From: Vulcanisaeta distributa DSM 14429
GTDB lineage: Archaea; Thermoproteota; Thermoprotei; Thermoproteales; Thermocladiaceae
Assembly: GCF_000148385.1 (NCBI RefSeq)
Contig: NC_014537.1
Coordinates: 420,001 to 452,000, forward strand
Direction: 5' to 3'
DNA: 32,000 nucleotides
A model generated the notes under the pieces. The model was not told the DNA's origin. It saw only the letters and a list, made by a program, of their open reading frames with translations, and did no database searches. The position numbers were made by a program, and so were the translations under genes. Of the stretch, positions 25,278 through 32,000 are shown in pieces. Positions within the stretch are counted from its first letter, which is position 1, and every line of letters starts with the position of its first letter.

Positions 25278-26282
25278 CTAATGAGTTTCTTTTAAAAGTT
25301 TCCCCAATACCTTAGCCCATAATATGCCTACATTATTCCATGAATATTCATTTGCCAATTTGCATGCCTCTAAGATAAGCTCTTTAAACTTATCATTGGA
25401 TCTATTCCATAGATTGTAGAGTTCTAGTATTTTCTTAATAAATAGTTTTATATTAGGATAATCGATAATATAATCGCTTAAGACCTTATCATTGAGCAGT
25501 ACATCACGCACAACCCCCCTAACATTAAATGCCACTGGGATAACCCCTGAAGCCATTGCATCAAGAATAACCAGGCCGAAGCTCTCATACCTACTGGGAA
25601 ATAGTAATATATGCGATTCTGATAGAAGTCTTGAATATTCATTGATCGGCAAATGTGGATAAATCTCTATATTACGAATGTCCCGTATTTTATCGTAAAC
25701 CCACTGCATATAGTCAAAGTTCGCGTCTGTAATTATTATTCTAATATCATCACCCAATTTTCTTAGTAATACTGGTATTATTTCATTGACCAGTATGTCT
25801 GTGCCCTTATGCTAAGCTGGCCAGCTAGCGTAAATAACTGTGAATATGTCCGGCTTATCTCTGCATTTAAAGATTGTGGTATCTGTGCCTAAAGGTAGGT
25901 ATATTGGCCTTAACCCCAGTGATTTGGCTATATTGTAATCGGTCATGTTTGATGCATGTATTCTAAATCCCCTTGCCTTAGCGATCATGGCTTGAGTTAT
26001 CATGGCAACATCATATACGTAGTGCGATGGCCTTACCTTATGATCAATGGTGAGTGGCATATGAAGACCATATATGACTTTATGCCCTAATCTTATTGTA
26101 TTTAAGGTAAATAGATCCTTACTGATTAATGGAGGAGTAAACCTTGCATAGTAAATTAGGTCAAAGCGCTCTAGATTATGCATATCATTTAATGTGAAGT
26201 TCATTTTAATCATATAAACGCCGTATTCAATTAATGCCTTCCGGAATGGTGCCGGCGCCCAGTTACTGACTACTGTTATCAT
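25278..26282 (-). pseudogene. GT4 glycosyltransferase interrupted by one in-frame TAG (25812-25814)
   Basis: Track ORFs 25812..26282 and 25278..25757 are in the same minus-strand frame (both top coordinates = 2 mod 3). I translated the 54 nt between them codon by codon: ...VIYASWPA-TAG-HKGTDILVNEIIPVLLRK-LGDDIRIII..., with no other stop. Read through, this gives a 334-aa GT4 with xHKGTD (the GT-B inter-domain KG motif) and LLFPSRYESFGLVILDAMASGVIPVA. Confidence 0.75.
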
Positions 26283-26287
26283 GCCTG

Positions 26288-27778
26288 CTATAGGATTGCC
26301 TTAAGATCAATCTCGATACTTACTAATCTCGATATTAAGGGCCCCACGTATTTTATGTTCCTAACAGCATTGGACAAGTATTTTAAATCCTCTACATCTG
26401 TGATTAATGCTATAAGTATGCCCATTAGAATCACGTACAGCGGTAACCCAATTAGTAGCTGTATGTATAGGCCTTTAATGCGCGTTAATATGAGGTATGT
26501 GGCTATGTAGGATAGTATGCCTGGCAGCATGTAGTAGATTGTTTTAGGGATGTTTACCGTGAGGTTATGTCTGGCCTTAACAATTCCATAGGTTATCGCC
26601 GTGCCTATAGCACCGTTTATTATAGATGCTATAACTGCGCCTAGCATGCTCCACCTCACTAATAGGGCCCAGGTTATAGGTAACCCAATTACGGTATTTA
26701 TCAGGCTTATGACCATTGATAACCTAGTGTCGCCAATAATGTTGAGGTACATGGTTATTACCCCAAGTGGGGATAGTAGTAGGTTTATGGCCATTATGCT
26801 TAGGTAAAGTGGTGCAAGGCTGTATGATGAGCCATACACTACGTATACCGCCTGCCTTGAGAATAGGGCTAATGCTAGGGCTATTGGGCTTATGATTAAG
26901 GCCATTAAATAGGCAGCCCTATTAATGGCACTTCTAAGCTTGTAATCCTCACCAATGAATTCAGGTAATGCTGAGAACAATGCTGTGCTTACTGACCCAC
27001 TCACTAAAGATGCTACGGCCAGTAGGTTGTTGGCTATTTGGTAATTTCCCATCTCGGTATTGGTTACGTAAATCGCTATTAAGATATTGTATAGTTGCCC
27101 CAGGGGTATTGAGATTAGCGTGGGTATGTAGAGCGGTATTGAGTAGTTGAAGAGTTCATTAACAACACCCTTAATATTTAATTTACCCTCAACCTTAGGT
27201 AACATGAATATTGCGAGGAAGGCAGCCGCCAGGTAGCCTATTGAGAAGCCCCAGTAGGCACCGTAGACGCCAAGCCCAATAAGAATTAATGCTATGCTCA
27301 CAGAAATCCTGGTAATATTTCTAACGAGGTCAAGGATTACGAAGTCCCCATACCTACCAACTCCAATTAAATAGTTATTTACCGAGGTCTGTACCATATA
27401 GGCGATCGTGTATATTGAGAGTATTTGTATTGCTAGTGATAAGTAGGGCCTCCTCAACGTAAGCGCTAAGTATGTGGACAACGGGACTAGGGCGAGCCCA
27501 AAGGCAATACCACTTAAACTTCTTAGAAGTACTGCCGATAAGGCATGCCTATGCATGCCAGCTGCCGCATACCTCATTATCGCCGTTGACAACCCAAGGT
27601 CAGCGATGCTGGTGAAGAATAGTGGGTACGTGAGGGCTATACTTATCAGCCCATACTCACCCGGTGTCAATAACCTAGCAATGACGATACTACCAATGAA
27701 CCCCACCGCATTATATATGAACCTACCTGAGGTAATCCACAGTGATCCACGGACAGCCTTAACGCCGGCCCTACTCAT
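26288..27778 (-). CDS. MOP-superfamily flippase (Wzx-like polysaccharide biosynthesis protein)
   Basis: 496-aa ORF with ~14 TM helices. The N-terminal VKAVRGSLWITSGRFIYNAVGFIGSIVIARLLTPGEYGL is typical of Wzx/'polysacc_synt' proteins. Confidence 0.8.
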   Translation of the reverse strand: MSRAGVKAVRGSLWITSGRFIYNAVGFIGSIVIARLLTPGEYGLISIALTYPLFFTSIADLGLSTAIMRYAAAGMHRHALSAVLLRSLSGIAFGLALVPLSTYLALTLRRPYLSLAIQILSIYTIAYMVQTSVNNYLIGVGRYGDFVILDLVRNITRISVSIALILIGLGVYGAYWGFSIGYLAAAFLAIFMLPKVEGKLNIKGVVNELFNYSIPLYIPTLISIPLGQLYNILIAIYVTNTEMGNYQIANNLLAVASLVSGSVSTALFSALPEFIGEDYKLRSAINRAAYLMALIISPIALALALFSRQAVYVVYGSSYSLAPLYLSIMAINLLLSPLGVITMYLNIIGDTRLSMVISLINTVIGLPITWALLVRWSMLGAVIASIINGAIGTAITYGIVKARHNLTVNIPKTIYYMLPGILSYIATYLILTRIKGLYIQLLIGLPLYVILMGILIALITDVEDLKYLSNAVRNIKYVGPLISRLVSIEIDLKAIL

Positions 27779-28722
27779 GGCCTTGGCTTAACACCGCTCA
27801 TCGGGTTAACCAGTAGGCCCCTTAAAAGCCCCAATAGGGAGCCAGCAATGCCGTAAATGATGGTTAGCGGATTACCAGACCTAACACCCCACATCACAGA
27901 CTCAATCATCCTATAAATAGCATGAGTAATCACATGACTAAGACCTAGCAGGTCCCTATTCTTGGCCATGAAGTACACCTCGGTGGCGTAGGTACCCATT
28001 AACGCCGAGGGATCACTGCGATATTTGGCCGAGCCCTTGGTCACCTGCATGGTGAAGTGATAGGAGACTGCCCTAGTGTTTTGAAGTATCCTGTAGCCAG
28101 CCTTCCTAACCCTGAAGGCCAGGTCAAAGTCCTCACCAAGTATAGGCTCCCAAACCCTAACATCGTAAAGCCCAGCCCTAAGCAAAGCCTCCCTCCTACA
28201 AGCCACACTCATCGTGAATGAACCAACCTCAAACACACCATTACTAACAGGCCTAGTGAACCTGGGCAGGACAGACCCATGGATAGTTAACTTACTTAAC
28301 AAACGAGCCGCTCGACCCACTACACCACCCCTAGACCCAGAACCCTCAGGAAACACCCAGATACAGTTAGTGTAAACACAGCCAGCGTCAGGAAACTTCC
28401 TAAAGGTCTCAACAACCTCCTCAATGAAGCTAGGCGTCAGGTAAAGGTCATCCTCAAGGAGAAAAATGACATCGCCATCAGCCTTAAGTATAGCCTCATT
28501 AGCAGTCAGACACTTATTCCAGTAACCAGTCTCAAGAACCCTAAAGACAACACCATTAAGGTACCCATCGCCTAGGGCCTTGATTAATTCACCATTAGAC
28601 TCAGTGGCTACAATAACTTCATCAGGTAAAACGGTCTGGGCTGCGATTGATTTAAGCAAATGCTTGAGTAGGGACAACCTATCCCTAGACCCGCTGGTGA
28701 GTACTATAATCGTTATCCTCAT
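27775..28722 (-). CDS. Family 2 glycosyltransferase
   Basis: 315-aa ORF with MRITIIVLTSGSRDRL (GT-A N-terminus) and FLLEDDLYL (DxD-type). ATGA-type 4-nt overlaps on both sides. Confidence 0.8.
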   Translation of the reverse strand: MRITIIVLTSGSRDRLSLLKHLLKSIAAQTVLPDEVIVATESNGELIKALGDGYLNGVVFRVLETGYWNKCLTANEAILKADGDVIFLLEDDLYLTPSFIEEVVETFRKFPDAGCVYTNCIWVFPEGSGSRGGVVGRAARLLSKLTIHGSVLPRFTRPVSNGVFEVGSFTMSVACRREALLRAGLYDVRVWEPILGEDFDLAFRVRKAGYRILQNTRAVSYHFTMQVTKGSAKYRSDPSALMGTYATEVYFMAKNRDLLGLSHVITHAIYRMIESVMWGVRSGNPLTIIYGIAGSLLGLLRGLLVNPMSGVKPRP

Positions 28723-29828
28723 GAAATCAAACTACTAATAATACTCCTGAATTTAGCGATGAAGACGCCTTCGTCAAAGGATAAAGCTCTTCTTAACGCA
28801 TTCTTACGTAAATCAGCTAGTTCACCTTTATTCATTATTGAAATATTGTTTATTATTGAAATTAATTCATCTATGTCACCGTAAGAGAAGCCATATATAC
28901 CATCTGACTTATCTAAAATGTCCTCATAAGGACCACCACTCCTATGAACAACCGGAATGCAGCCGGCTGCCATACCCTCAACTATAGATATGCCGAATTG
29001 CTCATGGTGGGCTGTATGAAGATATATAGAGGATATTGCTAATAGGTCATAAAGCTTATCCTTAGGTAGATTAGGCATAATTATGAAATTATCTAAACCC
29101 AATGCTTTACTTAACTTAACGAGCTTCATGTAATAGTCATAGTTGGCTAAGGAACCTACTAAGATAAATCTCATAGACTTAATCTTAAAGGCAACCATAG
29201 GTAAAATCTCAAGGCTCTTTCCATTATCTATCCTAGAAATGGTAATAACGATGGGCTTCTTATCTCTTATTAATGACTCAGCACGTGTAGCGATCTCCGA
29301 AGCCTTAACAGGTGGATATAATACATGTGCCTTAATTCCTAAATCCTTCAACAAATTTGCGGTATATTTAGAATTGGCTAGAGTAACCTTACTAAACTTA
29401 GCTAATATATAGTGAAGTACATGCCTAATGGCGTGTCTTACAATACCATCTTTAATATTATAAGCCAGCTTGTAATAAGCTAGTGCTTCCGTATCTTTAA
29501 CACCATACGGTGAAAAAACCCAGTGAAAATAATGAACATGAGCTGGCGCTAAGATCTCATTACTACGAGTATTAACTATTAAATCATAATTAAGTAACTT
29601 ATGTAATTCATGATCAAAGCGTCTAACATATATATAATGGCTTACAAAATCTTTAAGTAAATTACCTGGAACCCAAAGCTTTAACAATTCAGGCCTTAGC
29701 TCCTCTCTGCCCAATACAAGTACTTTAACATTAGACAATGATGTTAAAGCCTTATACATGGCTAACGTAACCTGCTCAGCACCACCAGCCCTATTTATAG
29801 TATTAGTTAATAGTACGACCTTAAGCAT
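28719..29828 (-). CDS. Family 4 (GT-B fold) glycosyltransferase
   Basis: 369-aa ORF with IYLHTAHHEQFGISIVEGMAAGCIPVVHRSGGP (EX7E block). AT-rich. Confidence 0.85.
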   Translation of the reverse strand: MLKVVLLTNTINRAGGAEQVTLAMYKALTSLSNVKVLVLGREELRPELLKLWVPGNLLKDFVSHYIYVRRFDHELHKLLNYDLIVNTRSNEILAPAHVHYFHWVFSPYGVKDTEALAYYKLAYNIKDGIVRHAIRHVLHYILAKFSKVTLANSKYTANLLKDLGIKAHVLYPPVKASEIATRAESLIRDKKPIVITISRIDNGKSLEILPMVAFKIKSMRFILVGSLANYDYYMKLVKLSKALGLDNFIIMPNLPKDKLYDLLAISSIYLHTAHHEQFGISIVEGMAAGCIPVVHRSGGPYEDILDKSDGIYGFSYGDIDELISIINNISIMNKGELADLRKNALRRALSFDEGVFIAKFRSIISSLIS

Positions 29829-29911
29829 GATGATTTATTAATCATTAGATGCAATATATTTCATAAATTTTATGATCAACAATTTCATATTAAACACATA
29901 AGCAAATATTT

Positions 29912-30254
29912 TTACATGAAGCTTATTAATAGGTCATCAGCTAGAATCACATCATCGTTCAGAAAGAGTAAGTATTTACAGGGTTTAAGGGCTACTGCAC
30001 CATGATTATACCCTGCCGGTAACCCAGCATTCTTTCTTAATTTAATTATATTAACCTTAAACCTTAGGTTCTTTACTCAGTCTTTCAGAAACTACCTGTA
30101 CTGTTGCATCGCTGGATGCATTGTCAACTATCGCTATTCTTACATTTAAATCGCCGGTATTGAGGTTCGTTAATGATTCAAGGACCTTATTGAAGAATTC
30201 ACCTAGTTTAGTGACGCTATTATACGTGACCATTACAATACCAACATCGCACAT
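29912..30254 (-). pseudogene. GT2 glycosyltransferase remnant B (N-terminal half, frameshifted and truncated)
   Basis: Track ORF 30057..30254 reads MCDVGIVMVTYNSV...RIAIVDNASSDATVQVVSERLSKEPKV*. The next GT2 blocks continue in another frame (open from 30076; the block listed here starts at 30052): NIIKLRKNAGLPAGYNHGAVALKPCKYLLFLNDDVILADDLLISFM*, with the stop at 29912-29914. The frame switch coincides with a 7-bp tandem duplication. The C-terminal half of a normal GT2 is missing. Confidence 0.7.
30053..30066. repeat. Exact 2 x 7-bp tandem duplication (aacctta aacctta) at the frameshift site of GT2 remnant B
   Basis: Positions 30053-30059 and 30060-30066 are identical and the repeat does not extend further. 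Deleting one unit joins ...GAA CCT AAG GTT to AAT ATA ATT AAA TTA AGA AAG AAT GCT GGG, giving EPKV-NIIKLRKNAG and restoring a continuous GT2 N-terminal domain. Confidence 0.85.
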
Positions 30255-30284
30255 ATCTAATCCCTACCTATACTGACATTTCTT

Positions 30285-30647
30285 CTAATGACTGATTGAA
30301 ACACACAAATCGCTCCTTAAATTACCGTTTAATTTAACGTACCTTAGCCATGTCCTACCATACCAAAGCTGCTGCCTAATAACATCCCTTAACGTGTGTG
30401 GATAACAGCGCCTAACATTGGTATCGACTATAACAGGTTTTGTTCTTAACTTGCTTAATAGCTCCATATCTTCGCGAAAGCCGAGCATTGGGTTAAATGG
30501 ATTTTTAAGCAGTAATTCTCTTAAGAAGCCGCATAAAACATGTTGACCCAGTGCTCAACCCCTTTCAAGAACAATAATGATAATACCATGATTATTTGAT
30601 ATTGCATTCTTCTTCATCTTTTCTTCATGCTTAACTTCTTTAATTCT
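30285..30647 (-). pseudogene. GT2 glycosyltransferase remnant A (middle/C-terminal pieces, internal TGA, deletions)
   Basis: A single minus frame is open from 30647 to 30285 except for a TGA at 30555-30557. It reads RIKEVKHEEKMKKNAISNNHGIIIIVLERG*ALGQHVLCGFLRELLLKNPFNPMLGFREDMELLSKLRTKPVIVDTNVRRCYPHTLRDVIRQQLWYGRTW... This has the N-x-G...N-H-G and FxEDxxL...RQ..RYG/W-type blocks of GT2 enzymes. It lacks the N-terminal ~70 aa and the DxD region. Confidence 0.55.
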
Positions 30648-30655
30648 TTATAAAT

Positions 30656-31879
30656 TCATAATTTGTTGATAACTTGTATGAAATTCTTTATGAATGATTC
30701 CCATGAGTAGTGTCTATATGCTAGACTTCTTATCAGCTCCGATTTATAATTGTTAATATTTTCAACTATGTACGTTAAGGCTTTGAGGAATTCATAATAG
30801 TCATCCTCGTTACTTACATATTCCGTTACAGCACCCAAGTACTTCACTTCCCTTAACTCTGGGTAATCAGTCAGTGTTGGGCTTACTACGGGCTTCCCAA
30901 GGGCTAGCGCCTCCATTACCGCTACGCCTATTCCACCGTAGTAGCCTGGGGTTGCCATTAGGAAGTATGCATCGGATGCCTTTAATAGCTCTATGAAGGT
31001 TTTATGGGGCAAGAAACCATAAGCCACTATGCCTAATTCTCTGAATGCCTTAACCCAAGCCTCACCAAGCCCAGTGACCATTAGCATTAGTCTGATGTTG
31101 AGCACCCTCCTTAGGTCTTTCCATAGTCTCGCAATTAGGTGAGTACCCTTTAACGTGCTGAACTCCTCGCCAAAGACCCCGGTGTATGTTGTTAACACTA
31201 CTGCGTCTTCCGGTATGCCGTATTTTATTCTCAACTTCCTCTTCTCTTCCATGCTTGGTGGCTTTAATTCGTTGAAGTCCACGGCCATTGTCCTGACCAT
31301 GACTTCAGCGTCTACGCCTAGGGATTCCAGGTACTCCTTCTCTACCCTATTGATTACAAATATGGCGCCCTTAACCCTCTTCAGTAGCGTCTCCCTCCTT
31401 ATTTTCGAGAGTTCCTTAACGTCACTAATTAGGTCAGGTCTTAATGCGTTCCTTAGCATTGGTGGTCGTGAACCGTGGTGTTGGAGTATCATTGGGTAAT
31501 TTATGAGCCTCCTGATGATTAGTTCCGAGTTTAATGCCCTATACTCGTGGATGTAGGGTACCGCTTCATGCCTCTTAACTAAGTATTCCGTTAATTGGGC
31601 TAATGCTGGTGAGTACTCACTCCACTTCAATAGCCTCCTCGATGGTGATAGGTTGATTGTCGGTGTTAAAACAACGGGCACGTCCTCAATAATCTTAGTT
31701 AAATAGTCCTCAGAGCCGCTTGGCCTCATGGCTACTGCCTTAAACCCCCCATACCTTGTTAATGCCTTTGCTGCCCTGAAGTGCCAGCCCACATCATCCT
31801 CCTCGGCTAATGCGCCAGGCCTTATCGACGGTATTGAGTGGTGCAGCACGCTCACCACGTACCTCATAGGCCTAGGCAC
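30656..31879 (-). CDS. Family 4 (GT-B fold) glycosyltransferase
   Basis: 407-aa ORF with YFLMATPGYYGGIGVAVMEALALGKPVVSP (GT-B donor block). The track start is GTG at 31879; an in-frame ATG at 31867 is an alternative. The start region overlaps the upstream gene's stop. Confidence 0.8.
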   Translation of the reverse strand: MPRPMRYVVSVLHHSIPSIRPGALAEEDDVGWHFRAAKALTRYGGFKAVAMRPSGSEDYLTKIIEDVPVVLTPTINLSPSRRLLKWSEYSPALAQLTEYLVKRHEAVPYIHEYRALNSELIIRRLINYPMILQHHGSRPPMLRNALRPDLISDVKELSKIRRETLLKRVKGAIFVINRVEKEYLESLGVDAEVMVRTMAVDFNELKPPSMEEKRKLRIKYGIPEDAVVLTTYTGVFGEEFSTLKGTHLIARLWKDLRRVLNIRLMLMVTGLGEAWVKAFRELGIVAYGFLPHKTFIELLKASDAYFLMATPGYYGGIGVAVMEALALGKPVVSPTLTDYPELREVKYLGAVTEYVSNEDDYYEFLKALTYIVENINNYKSELIRSLAYRHYSWESFIKNFIQVINKL

Positions 31880-32000
31880 CTGAGCCCCTCCCTCAACGTT
31901 ACGAACCTCACGTTGAAGGCCTTGAGGTAGCCTATGGTTAGCTTTATCAACCAGCTGGGCTCATCGTGAAAGACCACCACGATTAATCTCGGCTTACTCA
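31864..32000 (-). CDS. 3' end of an upstream gene (partial; unknown product)
   Basis: The minus frame is open from the window edge to the TGA at 31864-31866; I checked the + triplets for tta/cta/tca and found none. It reads ...SKPRLIVVVFHDEPSWLIKLTIGYLKAFNVRFVTLREGLRCLGL*. The stop overlaps the ATG at 31867-31865 (ATGA-type coupling). Confidence 0.4.
   Translation of the reverse strand, partial: SKPRLIVVVFHDEPSWLIKLTIGYLKAFNVRFVTLREGLRCLGL

Noticed and set aside
25812-25814. The in-frame TAG in the GT4 gene might be a recoded codon (pyrrolysine) or a reassigned stop.
   Set aside because: Pyrrolysine machinery is known from methanogens and a few bacteria, not Crenarchaeota. No pyl genes or other in-frame TAGs are seen in this window, and TAG also serves as an ordinary stop (for example the protein-like frame ending at 16057-16059). 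A nonsense mutation or a sequencing error is far more likely.
25278-26282. The ORFs 25812-26282 and 25278-25757 could be treated as two independent small genes.
   Set aside because: They share a reading frame with a stop-free 54-nt bridge whose translation (HKGTDILVNEIIPVLLRK) is the expected GT-B linker. Each half alone is only one Rossmann-like domain of a GT4.
18972-30655. The low-GC blocks could be integrated mobile elements or a provirus.
   Set aside because: I could recognise no integrase, transposase, terminal inverted repeats, flanking direct repeats or tRNA target. All intact genes in these blocks are glycan enzymes, so recombinational module exchange fits better.
1-32000. I scanned for CRISPR arrays, tRNA/rRNA genes and long DNA-level repeats.
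   Set aside because: I saw no regularly spaced direct repeats, no cloverleaf-compatible GC-rich ~75-nt islands in the few intergenic gaps, and no rRNA-like sequence. Absence is by eye only; tRNAscan, Infernal and a self-dot-plot would be needed to be definitive.

Overview
This window looks like a chromosomal segment from a crenarchaeon, probably Thermoproteales-like (Vulcanisaeta/Caldivirga type). That origin is an inference from a PaREP1-family gene, a thermopsin-like glycoprotein, an 'archaeal ATPase' paralog, TATA boxes about 25 nt upstream of start codons (leaderless-style), and mid-40s % GC overall. Almost all of it encodes cell-envelope functions, in three blocks. (i) 1-11.4 kb, minus strand: a GT-C-like membrane protein plus a membrane GT2; a nine-gene, translationally coupled operon built around MoxR AAA+ / DUF58 / DUF4350-like / DUF4129-like proteins plus a split DUF1616-like pair and three unassigned membrane proteins; and a MOP-type flippase. 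(ii) 11.5-16.3 kb, plus strand: a 768-aa, heavily sequon-rich thermopsin-like surface protein with four ~70-aa tandem repeats and a C-terminal anchor; a 42-codon sORF with a textbook TATA box that the 60-aa track missed; an archaeal-ATPase-family P-loop protein; and a PaREP1/HEPN-like protein. (iii) 16.3-32 kb, minus strand: a unidirectional glycan biosynthesis and decoration cluster of at least 15 genes (5 GT4, 3 GT2, 2 FkbM methyltransferases, pyruvyl transferase, alkaline-phosphatase-superfamily enzyme, P-loop protein, SDR epimerase/dehydratase, second flippase). This cluster is a GC mosaic, with blocks of about 45-50 % alternating with blocks of about 30-35 %. Its low-GC blocks hold all the gene decay I found: a GT4 split by a single in-frame TAG, a GT2 frameshifted by an exact 7-bp tandem duplication, and a second GT2 remnant. 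I found no rRNA, tRNA, CRISPR array, transposase or integrase. Family assignments come from motif recognition by eye, not from searches. Start codons are uncertain by tens of nt in several cases, because the track translates GTG/TTG starts as M.
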